Origin: a bacterium
GTDB taxonomy: Bacteria; SAR324; NAC60-12
Direction of reading: 5' to 3'
NCBI GenBank assembly: GCA_965209155.1
Contig: OZ242383.1
Coordinates: forward strand, 3,616,001-3,680,000
DNA: 64,000 nt
The notes under the pieces are model-generated. The model searched no databases. It was not told where the DNA came from and saw only the letters and a list, made by a program, of their open reading frames with translations. Made by a program: the position numbers and the translations under genes. Positions 29,618-40,159 of the stretch are shown one piece after another. The stretch's first letter is position 1. Every line of letters begins with the position of its first letter.

Positions 29618-31956
29618 TGACGGGAATCCTGGATTTTCTCACAGGCGATAAACTGGCTGCGCTGGCTGAAGGGAACTTTTCTTTCGGCATTCCCGTCGAT
29701 TTTCCACTTCTCATCGTCGGCACCGTCCTCGTACCGGTACTGGCTTGGACCCTATACTACCGCACCACTGTCGAGGTTTCCTTAGCGTTGAAAATCCTGC
29801 TTGTGGGATTGAGGTCCGGGATCCTCATCATTTTACTGCTATGCTTGCTGCAACCGGTATCGATTGTCTCGCGCGTCATTCCACAAGAAAGCTATTTAGC
29901 GGTCCTCCTCGACAATTCCAGGAGCATGAACATCCGGGATATGGAAGATCAACGATCACGCGCTGTTATGATGACCAACCATATTTTTGGTGGCAATGGA
30001 TTACTCTCCAGGCTCGAGGAGGAATTCCGGGTGCGTGTATTTGCTTTTGATGCGGATGCCTGGCAAATCGATACTGCGGAAGATCTCTCATTCGCAGGTT
30101 CGAAAACCGTCTTTTCTCAAAGCCTCGATGATGGAATGGAATCCTTGAAAGGACTACCGGTGTCGGGCTTGATTTTGATCAGTGATGGAGGAGACAACAG
30201 CGCTGCTGATTTGCTCCGCACGGCATCCACTTTCAAGTCTGCTGAAATACCGGTTTTTACGTTGGGAGTGGGGATGGAACGTCTTCCCAAAGACTTGGAA
30301 ATAGTCCGAATTCATGCTTCTGAAACCGTCATGGAAGGCTCCATTTTCGATGTGAATTTGTTGCTCCGTAACCAAGGATACGACGACCGTGAAATCGAGT
30401 TACAGGTCGAGGAAGGGAATCGAGTCGTACATTCTGAAAAGATCAAACTGGAAAACAGTGACAGGGTGATGCGTCACACCCTGCAGTTGACCGCGGAGCG
30501 GGAGGGAAATCTGGTTTATACGGTCCGTATTCCTCCAGAAGAAGATGAAATTGTTTCCGAAAACAATCAACGGATGTTCCTGGTAAGTAACACGAGGCGT
30601 CAGAGCGACATTCTATACGTGGAAGGACATCCACGTCACGAATATAAATTCATCCGGCGCGCCATCCAGGGTGATAAAGCCTTACGTTTGGTGACTTACC
30701 TGCAAACCGGTCCCCACAAATTTCTACGCCAGGGAATCAAATCGCCGGAAGAGTTGGATAAGGGGTACCCGGGCAGCATGGAAGAACTGTTCGAGTATGA
30801 AGCAGTGATTTTTGGAGATGTCCCCCGTGCTTTTTTCAGCGCGGAACAATTGAAAATAACAAAAGAATTCGTTTCCAAACGAGGCGGGGGGTTTCTCATG
30901 CTCGGGGGTTCCACCGGATTTGAGGAAAATTTCATGGACACGCCCATTGCCGAAATATTACCGGTTATTCAAATCCGTCAGCAATCTCTCCCGGAAAATT
31001 TGAGAGGGGACGGGCTCTCCGGGGATGTTCTCGAAGACCGGCCGACAGGAGATAAATATAACCTGCGCCTCACTGAGCAGGGTGAGGATTCGCCAATGAT
31101 GCGATTGGGATTGGAAGTGGAGCAGAATCGGCAATTGTGGGAAAAAATGCCGCAGCTGCAAGGCATCAACGTCACCAGGCGAGCCAAGTCCGGAGCCACC
31201 GTACTGGCAGTGCATCCGAACCTGAGATTCGAGGATACGCCTCTTCCGTTAATTGTCCACGAACGCTTTGGACGTGGGCGCACGATGGCCATCATGACCG
31301 CCAGCACCTGGCGCTGGCAAATGCTTCAACCCTCCAAAGATCTCTCCCATGAACGATTCTGGCGACAGGTACTGCGCTGGTTGACGGTGGATTCACCTCC
31401 ACGAATACGGATGATCCTGGACCGCGAAAGCTATAGTCCGGGTGAGCGAGTAGAAATTCAAATCCAGGTCTCTGATAAAACTTATACTTTCCTGGATGAT
31501 GCCACGGTCTGGCTGAAAATCAGCAAACCGGATGGGACGGTCGAGGACTTGCGATTGCCATGGAATATCGAGCAGGAAGGCGTCTACCGCGGATCATTCG
31601 AGGTTCTGCAGGAAGGAGTGTATCACCTGGAAGCTTCGGCAACAACTTCTTCTCCGCAAAATGAAGAAACCATTTTGACGAAACGTCCACTGAGTTTTTT
31701 AGTCGTCCCATCGGACCTGGAATTTTCAAACCCGGGCATGAATGCCGCCTTGCTCGAGCAAATCGCAGAAACGAGTGGAGGTCAATATTTCAAGTGGCAT
31801 GACCGGAACGAGCTCTTGGAAGCGATCCATCATACGCGGAAAAATTATACTGTTGAAATGGAAGAAGACCTCTGGGATATGCCCCTCGTATTGATTTTGC
31901 TCATTCTCTTCTTCACCATCGAATGGATCAGTCGACGCCGCAAGGGATTGTCGTGA
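29614..31956 (+). CDS. VWA + class I glutamine-amidotransferase-like membrane protein
   Basis: LDNSRSM, ISDG, LYVEGHPRHEYKF, GGGFLMLGG, GRGRT..TWRW, FWRQ.LRWL, EW..RRRKGL. Confidence 0.8.
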   Translation: MMTGILDFLTGDKLAALAEGNFSFGIPVDFPLLIVGTVLVPVLAWTLYYRTTVEVSLALKILLVGLRSGILIILLLCLLQPVSIVSRVIPQESYLAVLLDNSRSMNIRDMEDQRSRAVMMTNHIFGGNGLLSRLEEEFRVRVFAFDADAWQIDTAEDLSFAGSKTVFSQSLDDGMESLKGLPVSGLILISDGGDNSAADLLRTASTFKSAEIPVFTLGVGMERLPKDLEIVRIHASETVMEGSIFDVNLLLRNQGYDDREIELQVEEGNRVVHSEKIKLENSDRVMRHTLQLTAEREGNLVYTVRIPPEEDEIVSENNQRMFLVSNTRRQSDILYVEGHPRHEYKFIRRAIQGDKALRLVTYLQTGPHKFLRQGIKSPEELDKGYPGSMEELFEYEAVIFGDVPRAFFSAEQLKITKEFVSKRGGGFLMLGGSTGFEENFMDTPIAEILPVIQIRQQSLPENLRGDGLSGDVLEDRPTGDKYNLRLTEQGEDSPMMRLGLEVEQNRQLWEKMPQLQGINVTRRAKSGATVLAVHPNLRFEDTPLPLIVHERFGRGRTMAIMTASTWRWQMLQPSKDLSHERFWRQVLRWLTVDSPPRIRMILDRESYSPGERVEIQIQVSDKTYTFLDDATVWLKISKPDGTVEDLRLPWNIEQEGVYRGSFEVLQEGVYHLEASATTSSPQNEETILTKRPLSFLVVPSDLEFSNPGMNAALLEQIAETSGGQYFKWHDRNELLEAIHHTRKNYTVEMEEDLWDMPLVLILLILFFTIEWISRRRKGLS

Positions 31957-33101
31957 AACTCCGGATTTTCAAAGATACACCAGGTACTCACCCGGAACTG
32001 CTCCAGATCATCAGCTTCCTGGTGGTATTTGCTTTCAGCTTTTCTTCATCACCCAACCCACCGGCGTTTGCCCAGCAAAGGGATTATTTTCAAACAACCC
32101 CCGGGATTCAAAAATTCGCAGTCCTCTTGGGAGGCGCAGCTTCCGAGGAAAAATATGAAACGCAGTTCCGGCATTGGATTTTGAAACTGTATGATATCCT
32201 GCATATGGAATATCGTTATCCAGCGGATCACATTTTCACTCACCTCGGAAAGGGAGATCGCAGCGAGCCAAGGATTACAGGTCCTTGTCGTAAAGAATCG
32301 ATCCGGGGGACTTTGCGGAAACTGGAAAACCAGGTTCAAACCGGGGACCAGGTTCTTATCGTGATGGTGGGACATGGTACCAGCGACTCGGTTGACAGGA
32401 GGGGTACAATAGCCAAATTCAACATTGTTGGCCCCGATTTCAGCGGAAAGGATTTTTCAGAATGGCTGACTGCGTTTTCTCGTCAGGATATAATCGTTGT
32501 CAACACCACGAATGGGAGTTATCCCTTCAGTTTGGCGCTCTCTGCCCCGGGTCGGGTCGTTATTTCCGCCACCCGAAGCAGCGCGGAAAAATTCGATACT
32601 TTTTTTGCCCGTTTTTTTATTGAAGCACTTGACAATCATGCCGGTGATTACGATAAAAACACCCGTCTTTCTATTTGGGAGGCATTTCAGTATGCCCGTC
32701 ACCGGACGCAGAAATGGTACGAGGAACAGGCCAGATTGTCGACGGAACACGCAGTATTGGATGACAATGGAGATGGGCTTTTCAATGCGGATCCGGACCC
32801 GACGCAAAACGACGGCCGCCTGGCACAAGTGGCCACCATCGACCTCTTGAGCGCATTGCTCCCCGAAAGACTGGCTGCCAGACTGAGCAACCATGAAGTC
32901 GAATCTGCAAAAAAACTGGTGGCGAAAATGCTCGAGTTGGAACGCTCCGTCCTCTTGCTGCGTAACCGTAAATCGGAGATGTTGAAAGAGGAGTACTGGC
33001 AACAACTGGAAATCCTGTTGGTCGATCTCGCCCGCACTACCCGTCAATTCCGCTCATTCACTGCTAAAAAAACAGGGATTGACCACCCTGGTTTGTTTTG
33101 A
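31953..33101 (+). CDS. Exported caspase/C13-like-fold protein lacking an evident catalytic Cys
   Basis: GTGA overlap start; LIVMVGHG, RVVISATRS, D.DKN.R.S..EAF.YA, TEHAVLDDNGDG. Confidence 0.55.
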   Translation: MKLRIFKDTPGTHPELLQIISFLVVFAFSFSSSPNPPAFAQQRDYFQTTPGIQKFAVLLGGAASEEKYETQFRHWILKLYDILHMEYRYPADHIFTHLGKGDRSEPRITGPCRKESIRGTLRKLENQVQTGDQVLIVMVGHGTSDSVDRRGTIAKFNIVGPDFSGKDFSEWLTAFSRQDIIVVNTTNGSYPFSLALSAPGRVVISATRSSAEKFDTFFARFFIEALDNHAGDYDKNTRLSIWEAFQYARHRTQKWYEEQARLSTEHAVLDDNGDGLFNADPDPTQNDGRLAQVATIDLLSALLPERLAARLSNHEVESAKKLVAKMLELERSVLLLRNRKSEMLKEEYWQQLEILLVDLARTTRQFRSFTAKKTGIDHPGLF

Positions 33102-33169
33102 TGATCAAAACCATTCTACTCATCTGATCAAGCAATAATTTCCACTCAAAATAACCAATACCGCAATTA

Positions 33170-33291
33170 CCTTTGCCCCTCTGCGCCTTAGCGCCAGTTA
33201 TCGGCTGTCAGTTGTCGGTTATCAGTTCCTTCACAAGTCTCCTTTGTGCCTTTGTGCCTTTGTGCCTTTCTACATTATTTGTTCACGAATC
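33170..33291. repeat. Low-complexity repeat block (CCTTTGTG octamers), copy A
   Basis: Homologous to 34932..35073. Confidence 0.7.
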
Positions 33292-33292
33292 T

Positions 33293-34663
33293 TCAGTTCT
33301 TAAGTTGCAATCCCAACACGCGCAGATGAAGCAGTCCTTCTTGCAACTGCAGCAGACTGTTCTTTTTTGGACTGCCATTCAAAGCGACCGTTGCATGGGG
33401 TTGTTCTGCCAGGATGCTGGAGACCAAAGCGGTCAATACGCTTTTGGGACCAAATTCGATATAAATTCGACCGCCATCCTGGTAGGTATTTTCAATCTCG
33501 GTTTTGAACAATACCGGTTTGAGGACGTGCTCTTCTAAAATAGACCGGATTGATTGTGGATCCTTTGGATAGAGGGATCCGGAGGTATTGGAGTAGATGG
33601 GGATTTCAGGCGAACGAAACTGAACTTCACGCAAGGCTGCGGCAAAGGGTTTGCGGGCATGTTCCATCAGGGAAGTGTGGAATGCCGCAGATACGGGAAG
33701 CAGGACCACCGTGTATCCTTTTTCCTTCAATAAGTCGTTGGTTTGCAAAATGGCTTTTTTTGGACCGGCCAATACCGATTGTTTGTCCGAGTTCAAATTG
33801 GCAACCGTGATTTCAGTTTTAAGGGTCTGCGACAAAAGCCTGGCTTCTTCTTCAACCAGGAGCGCTTCGGCCTTGACCGCCAACATTCCGCCTCGCTCGA
33901 TTTGAGCAGCGCCACCGGGTTGGTTTTTTGGCGCAGCCATGGCTTTCCCCCTGGCTTTTGCCAGGAAAAAATAGTCGGAATCACTGAAAACGCCTCCCGC
34001 CCACAATGCGGTTACTTCTCCAAAACTATGCCCCACAGTAGCATCTACTTTCAATCCGGCCGATTGTAAGATTTTATACAAGCCCGCACTGGTCGTTCCA
34101 ATGGCCGGTTGCGCATGTTCTGTCAGCGTGAGCCGGGTTTCTTGCTCCTTTTTTTCGGCTTCGTCGGCTGTGGGAGGTGGAAAAACGATCGAGGAAAGCG
34201 CTCGCCCTCCCTCTTTCTCGAACAAGGCGTCCATAGCTGCAAAACATGCCGCCATGGATGGATGCGAGGCGTGAAGTTCTTCGAGCATTCGCAGGTACTG
34301 AGAACCTTGACCGGAAAACAATGCCACCACCTTAGCCTGGGAAGGCATGGCTTCCCGACGATAATGAATGCCATTGCGCAAGGTCCAAGCGCTTTCCTGC
34401 GCTTTTTTTCGTAATCTCTGCAGGCCAGTTCGCAGGCGTATGGCGGCTTCTTCGGGAGATAGACCGACAAAACCCATTCTGGCAAAATTTTCAGGTATCA
34501 AACCGGTGCTGTTTTCAAGCAATTTTTGATAGTGTTTTTCAGAATCCGCGGACTCGAGTTCGGTGAGCGCCGCTTGACATTGAATTGCCAGCGTATCAGG
34601 AGTGGGAGCAGATAAAACAAGCGGCTGGCAACCTGTTTGAATTTCCGTATCGATCGGGTTCAT
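33293..34663 (-). CDS. Stand-alone PKS/PUFA-synthase-type malonyl acyltransferase
   Basis: LFSGQGSQY, LTEHAQPAI, VGHSFGE, AN.NS.KQ.V.AG, VSAAFH, F.EFGP. Confidence 0.85.
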   Translation of the reverse strand: MNPIDTEIQTGCQPLVLSAPTPDTLAIQCQAALTELESADSEKHYQKLLENSTGLIPENFARMGFVGLSPEEAAIRLRTGLQRLRKKAQESAWTLRNGIHYRREAMPSQAKVVALFSGQGSQYLRMLEELHASHPSMAACFAAMDALFEKEGGRALSSIVFPPPTADEAEKKEQETRLTLTEHAQPAIGTTSAGLYKILQSAGLKVDATVGHSFGEVTALWAGGVFSDSDYFFLAKARGKAMAAPKNQPGGAAQIERGGMLAVKAEALLVEEEARLLSQTLKTEITVANLNSDKQSVLAGPKKAILQTNDLLKEKGYTVVLLPVSAAFHTSLMEHARKPFAAALREVQFRSPEIPIYSNTSGSLYPKDPQSIRSILEEHVLKPVLFKTEIENTYQDGGRIYIEFGPKSVLTALVSSILAEQPHATVALNGSPKKNSLLQLQEGLLHLRVLGLQLKN

Positions 34664-34931
34664 TATTATCTCATGTTAAGTGTATGGAACTTGTAGAAGA
34701 TCGATTTTATTCCTGAAACTCATCAGATCCACGAGAAGGCACAAAGGCACAGAGTTATTTTATTTTTGCTCTACTTTTCTAATGAGTCTCCCGATCATTC
34801 GTTCAATCTCCCTTGTCTTGTCACTTAGTTTATCAAAATCGTGATTGGAAACAAATCTTGGATGGGAAGCAATCTCCAACTGAGTTTGTAGTCCAAATAA
34901 TAAGCCAATCGCGATTTGGACAGTGCAGTCA

Positions 34932-35073
34932 CCTTTGCGCTTTGGCGCCAGTTATCGGTTATCAGTTCCTTCACGAGTCTCCTTTGTGCAGTTGCACCTT
35001 TGTGCCTTTGTGCCTTTATGCTTTTCTACATTGAATCCCAAATGGAGCTCTTATTACAAAACTTGTTCACGAA
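34932..35073. repeat. Low-complexity repeat block (CCTTTGTG octamers), copy B
   Basis: Direct imperfect copy of 33170..33291. Confidence 0.7.
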
Positions 35074-35096
35074 TCATCAATTATAATTTTCGTTGT

Positions 35097-36173
35097 TCAG
35101 GTTTTATCTGCCAGGAAACGGCTGACGGGTCGCAACGTATCAATATTTTCACAAACAATCCGTAACCCCGAGACGATGGGAACCGCGAGAATCATCCCCA
35201 CCGGTCCCCAAAGCCATCCCCAGAAAATAAGAGAAAGGATCACGACCAGGGGGCTCAACCCGAGCTTTTCTCCCATCACTTTCGGTTCCAGCACATTGCC
35301 GATCGTCACTTGAACGAGAATGAGCAAAAGGAGGATGACGATGGGAATCCAAAGACCATCAAACTGCAAAAACGCAATGACCACTGGAGGCAGGGTCGCA
35401 ATGACCGAGCCGACAGCCGGGATGAAATTCAGTAAAAACGTCAGTATGCCCCAAAAAAGCGCAAAGTCGACGCCAAAGAGCCATAAAACGATGGTGACGG
35501 TGGTACCTGTCGCAAAGGAAAGCAATGTTTTGACTTCCAGGTAGTTGGCGATTTGCTGGTTGATTTGTTTGACAACGCGGGTGACATGCCGTGATTTTTC
35601 CACTTCGAAACTGTTACGGACTCTATTGAAAAACGATTCCCTTTCAAACAGCAAGTAGACCATATAGAGCAAAACCAGGAAGAGGTTTCCAATAAAACCA
35701 CCGAATTTTCCAAAGCTTTTGCCAACGATCTGGGCAACGGCGCCGGGTTGAAAATGCTCCTCCCAGCGAAAATTACGGATAAAGGATTCCACTTCTTCAG
35801 AAGGAAGGGGAAAAACATAGACCATCTGGTCGAGGATTTCCACCACCCGTCGTTCGTATTGGGGGAGATTCTGACCGAGAGATTTGACACTCGAAAAAAC
35901 CAGCAACCCCACCAGGTAGAGCAACAACGCGGTGAAACACAGAATCAAACCAATCCGGGCACTGCGAGGAAGTTTCAGGGCAACCAGAATTTTCTGTAAG
36001 GGTTCTGCCAGGTAGACGAGGAAAAGTGCGATAAAAAAAGGGATCAGGATCGATTGCAGGGCTTTCAGGACCAGACAAATCGTGACCAGCAGCAATCCAC
36101 CTGAAAAAAGCGCGATCCATCGAAGCCAGTTTTCCCGCCGTTGCTCGGATTGTTGAAGAGATAATTCATCCAT
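35097..36173 (-). CDS. AI-2E family transporter
   Basis: LIPFFIA, LNFIPAVG, GNVLEPKVMG..LGLSPLVV, WGWLWG.VGMILAVP. Confidence 0.9.
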   Translation of the reverse strand: MDELSLQQSEQRRENWLRWIALFSGGLLLVTICLVLKALQSILIPFFIALFLVYLAEPLQKILVALKLPRSARIGLILCFTALLLYLVGLLVFSSVKSLGQNLPQYERRVVEILDQMVYVFPLPSEEVESFIRNFRWEEHFQPGAVAQIVGKSFGKFGGFIGNLFLVLLYMVYLLFERESFFNRVRNSFEVEKSRHVTRVVKQINQQIANYLEVKTLLSFATGTTVTIVLWLFGVDFALFWGILTFLLNFIPAVGSVIATLPPVVIAFLQFDGLWIPIVILLLLILVQVTIGNVLEPKVMGEKLGLSPLVVILSLIFWGWLWGPVGMILAVPIVSGLRIVCENIDTLRPVSRFLADKT

Positions 36174-36538
36174 TTTGAATCTCTACCCTTTTTCGATGTT
36201 GAACGATTGTTTCATCCCCCTGCGCATCGTTTCGTATTCCTTGAACTTGAGCTTTACCGGAATTTAGCAGACACGCAGGCAATTGCCAATCACATATTTC
36301 AATAGTATTTCGATATCGCGCTTGCAACGAAAACCTCGTCAAAGCGACGGATCGTTGAGCCGGGCAGCAAGTCGTATGGAACGCAACCGGAAGCGATTTG
36401 TTCCCGTTAATTCCATTTTTGTCCGTAACATGAAGGGGTTTCGTTTACAGGATTGGATAATAACTTGATTATCATGGGAAGCAATAATAAAAAGGAGTTA
36501 GATTGATCTATGCGGGCGTTCCTCAAGAACAGAATTCT

Positions 36539-37846
36539 ATGCCTTCAGCGACCATTTACGTCCTCGATACCAGCGTTTTGCTCTATGATCCGGAAATCCT
36601 CAACGCCTATCCATGCGCCGAAATAGTAATTCCCATTGACGTGATCGAGGAAATCGACCAGTTCAAAGGAACATTGAGCGAAACCGGTAACAGCGCCCGG
36701 GTCCTTTCTAAGATGCTGGACGTCTATCGCGACCACGGTAATTTTTCCGAAGGCATCCAACTTGCCAACAAAGCACGTTTGCGTATCGACTTTTCCACTC
36801 CACCGGAAGAGAAGAAGGGATTGCTGGATTGGAAAAAATCTTCCAACCGTGTGCTCGGGGTCGCCTTGCAGTTGAAAAAAGCAGGGAGGGAGCCGATTTT
36901 AGTGACGCTCGACGCCCACTTGCGCGTCAAAGGCAATGCCTTTGGAGTCCGGGTGATATCCTACCAGGAAAAGCAGGAAAGTCCGAGCCCGTATGCAGGG
37001 GTTCAGTACCACCTTCTCCCGGCAACGCAATTGGCATTATACCGGCAGCAGGGTACTTTCCGCTTTGACGAAGAATTTGTCCCCCATGAAGGTTTGCTAT
37101 TGATCAATGAGGCGGACACGGATGATTACGAGGTGGCCATTTATGACGATAAAAAACATTGTTTCTACAAAGCGGTCCACAACAAGGGGATTTGGGGGAT
37201 TTTGCCCCGCAATGCAGAACAACAACTTGCTTTGGAGTTGTTGCTCAATCCGGCAATCCCGATCGTGACCCTGGTGGGCAAGGCAGGAACCGGAAAAACA
37301 TTGTTGGCGCTTGCTTCCGGATTGCAAATGATGCTGCTCGAGAATCAATATTCCCGGCTGCTCGTATCCCGCCCCATCTTTCCCATGGGCCGGGATTTGG
37401 GTTATTTGCCGGGTGACGTTCAAGAAAAACTGGCTCCCTGGATACAGCCCATTTTCGATAACCTGGAATTATTGCTGGGAGGGGACTCGAAAAAAACTCC
37501 CCCTGCTTCTAAAGGTCATGAGGAATTGGTCGAACAAGGCTTGCTCATCATCGAACCGCTGACTTATATCCGGGGAAGGAGTATTCCTCATCAATATATG
37601 ATCGTCGATGAAGCGCAAAATCTGACGCCGCACGAGATTAAAACGATCATTACCCGTGTGGGAGAAGGAACAAAAATAATCTTGACCGGCGACCCCGATC
37701 AAATCGATAACCCCTACGTCAACAAAGCCTCCAACGGTTTGAGCTACCTTGTTGAAAAGTTTCGGAAACAGGAAATGGCGGGTCACGTGACACTCAAACG
37801 AGGTGAACGATCCCGCTTGGCGGAATTGGCTGCCAACATCTTATAG
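36539..37846 (+). CDS. PIN-PhoH (PhoH2/YlaK-like) ATPase/RNase
   Basis: YVLDTSVLL PIN domain, GKAGTGKT, LGYLPG, YIRGRS, DEAQN, GDPDQID. Confidence 0.92.
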   Translation: MPSATIYVLDTSVLLYDPEILNAYPCAEIVIPIDVIEEIDQFKGTLSETGNSARVLSKMLDVYRDHGNFSEGIQLANKARLRIDFSTPPEEKKGLLDWKKSSNRVLGVALQLKKAGREPILVTLDAHLRVKGNAFGVRVISYQEKQESPSPYAGVQYHLLPATQLALYRQQGTFRFDEEFVPHEGLLLINEADTDDYEVAIYDDKKHCFYKAVHNKGIWGILPRNAEQQLALELLLNPAIPIVTLVGKAGTGKTLLALASGLQMMLLENQYSRLLVSRPIFPMGRDLGYLPGDVQEKLAPWIQPIFDNLELLLGGDSKKTPPASKGHEELVEQGLLIIEPLTYIRGRSIPHQYMIVDEAQNLTPHEIKTIITRVGEGTKIILTGDPDQIDNPYVNKASNGLSYLVEKFRKQEMAGHVTLKRGERSRLAELAANIL

Positions 37847-37965
37847 TGAAAATCCTTGATTTTTTTTAAAATTGTTGTTTCTTTTCAATAGATTGTGTAT
37901 AAAATGGGGAAGTTGCAATTATTTTCAATCCCCCCTCCGTGGGTCAACTCTTCTTCTCAGTCACT

Positions 37966-38676
37966 ATGAAATTTGGAAAGCCCTTGGTCGAAATCAAAGG
38001 ATTTGGAGGAAAATTAGGACTCCTGATTGATGGAACTGCGTTATTTGATCAGGTGGAGGATGAATTGAAGAAGTTGCTGCGTCGTCCCAATTCGAGACAA
38101 TTTTTAAAGGGGGCGGAAATCTACCTGCATGCCAACGGTCGACGCTTGAACACCAATGAGTTTTACCGCTTGAAGAGAATGTTGAAATATGAGGGCGATC
38201 TCCACTTGATCAGTGAAGCAAACGAAGGGATGAACCAATTTTCACAAGACCTCTCCCACCCGGAGCAGCAGCAGCGGGAAGCGTCTTTCGAACTCTCTTC
38301 CGGATCCTTGTTTCCCGCCAAAGGATACAAAACGACAGAAGCCTTGATAGTTCGTCAAACGCTGCATTCCGGGCAAGCCTTTCGTTCTCAAAAAGGTGTG
38401 ATATTATTGGGAGACATGAATGCTGGCGCCGAGATTGTTTCTGACCATGACGTGGTTATCCTGGGGACGCTCCGGGGCACCGTTCACGCGGGCGCTTCCG
38501 GTAACCGCAACGCCCTCGTATTCGCGCTGCGTATGCAGCCCACTCAATTGCGTATTGCCGAACTGATCACGCAGCCTCCACAAGAAGACAAACGGTCGAC
38601 ACGCTCCGAACCGGAAGTGGCCTTTATCGAAGAAGGTTCCATTATCATTGAAACCTGTCAAAAAATCAGGGTATGA
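37966..38676 (+). CDS. minC: Septum site-determining protein MinC
   Basis: TLHSGQ, GDMNAGAEI, GTLRG.VHAGA.GN, PTQLRIA; upstream of minDE. Confidence 0.9.
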   Translation: MKFGKPLVEIKGFGGKLGLLIDGTALFDQVEDELKKLLRRPNSRQFLKGAEIYLHANGRRLNTNEFYRLKRMLKYEGDLHLISEANEGMNQFSQDLSHPEQQQREASFELSSGSLFPAKGYKTTEALIVRQTLHSGQAFRSQKGVILLGDMNAGAEIVSDHDVVILGTLRGTVHAGASGNRNALVFALRMQPTQLRIAELITQPPQEDKRSTRSEPEVAFIEEGSIIIETCQKIRV

Positions 38677-38731
38677 TCGATTTTTTTTGTTTTTGATCGA
38701 ATCAATCGGTTTATAGTATGAATGTAGTAAT

Positions 38732-39293
38732 TAATCTCATTAAACCACCAGCTCTGCTGGTGCGAACCTAATAGGCTTTGCCGGTCAGACATGAGAAACG
38801 TAACCGTGTCCGTGAGCCGTGCTCGTGCTCGTGAACGGTCAGTGAATTCGACGGCACATTTTGGTTAACATAGAAACAATGCGATGAAGTAACTGTTTCC
38901 CTTCGTCAAATAAAGGAGGCTGGATGATCTTCAACACGTTTAAAACATCGAGAATAGCAGCGCATTCCATTGCGGAACCTCGGGCAAATGCATAGAATCG
39001 TTGCTTGTCAGGAAAGGAATTTTTTCCACAGCCTTCTGCGATATTGAGAGGAATCGACCATGAGGCCCTTTTCAGTTGGTCAACTAAGGCTGAGTATTCT
39101 TTTGGCAATGTTTCGATGACTTGGACAGATAACGCTAAAAATTCGATGGAACATTGGTATACATCGAGTTTTTCATGATCTAACGTGGCAGCCTTTTTCG
39201 TTCACGAGCACGAGCACGTCTTACGATGACGAACACGTTTTGCCCTCATACTGGGGGCCTCTTCAAGCCACCGGCTCTGCCGGTGGTGATGAC
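38732..39293 (+). mobile_element. Non-autonomous IS200/IS605-type element with four-helix-bundle cargo, copy 2 (562 bp)
   Basis: Same ends as the other copies (TAAT| ... TGAC|); lies between minC and minD. Confidence 0.85.
38839..39186 (-). pseudogene. Four-helix-bundle protein with start codon ACG instead of ATG
   Basis: Colinear with 49060..49407; start position reads ACG. Confidence 0.7.
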
Positions 39294-39374
39294 TCAATAA
39301 AACGCAAGAAGGCGTCTGAATCCCGGGCAATCGTGTCTGCCTGTGGAAACGTCAGGAAAATCAGGGATGATATT

Positions 39375-40157
39375 ATGGGAGAATCAATCGTCATTACCTC
39401 AGGCAAGGGAGGAGTTGGCAAAACCACGAGCACGGCAAACCTCAGTACCGCATTAGCAGATTCTGGCAAAAAAGTAGTGGCTGTGGATGGAGATATTGGC
39501 TTGCGGAACTTGGATTTCATCATGGGTTTGGAAAACCGGATTGTTTACAATCTGGTCGACGTGGTAAAAAAACGCTGCAAACTCAAACAGGCTCTCATCC
39601 GGGATAAAAGAAACCATCAACTTTTCCTCATGCCCGCCTCTCAAGTCGATGATAAATCGGCAGTTTCCCCCGAAGAGATGAAAAATCTGTGTGAGGAACT
39701 CAAGGAAGAGTTCGATTTTGTGCTGATCGATTGCCCAGCCGGGATTGAGCAGGGATTCAAAAATGCCCTGGCAGGCGCGGATCATGCCATTGTGGTGACG
39801 ACGCCGGAGGTTTCTCCGGTGCGTGACGCCGACCGGGTTATCGGTTTATTGCAAAATCATGACATCCCCGCTTCCTTGCTGATCAATCGACTTTCAGTCA
39901 GTATGGTGGCAAACGGGGAAATGATGAGCAAGGAAGACGTGGTGGATATTCTGGCCATCGACTTGTTGGGCCTGATTGTAGAAGATCCTAAAATCATATC
40001 TTCCGGTGGTCAGGGAATTCCTGCTGTCTTGGATAACAAATCCCCTGCGGGACGGGCTTTTTACAGAATTGCCCAGCGATTGCTTGGAGAAAGCGTGGAA
40101 ATTCCTGAAGTTGAAGAGAAAAAAGGCTTGATCGCCAGGATTTTTGGAAGGGGATAA
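39375..40157 (+). CDS. minD: Septum site-determining ATPase MinD
   Basis: SGKGGVGKTT, DIGLRNLD..MGLENR, DCPAGIEQGF, C-terminal amphipathic GLIARIF. Confidence 0.95.
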   Translation: MGESIVITSGKGGVGKTTSTANLSTALADSGKKVVAVDGDIGLRNLDFIMGLENRIVYNLVDVVKKRCKLKQALIRDKRNHQLFLMPASQVDDKSAVSPEEMKNLCEELKEEFDFVLIDCPAGIEQGFKNALAGADHAIVVTTPEVSPVRDADRVIGLLQNHDIPASLLINRLSVSMVANGEMMSKEDVVDILAIDLLGLIVEDPKIISSGGQGIPAVLDNKSPAGRAFYRIAQRLLGESVEIPEVEEKKGLIARIFGRG

Positions 40158-40159
40158 TT

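Noticed and set aside
39240..39374. N-terminal extension of MinD in the ORF track
   Set aside because: It begins inside the mobile element right end; MinD homology starts at ATG 39375
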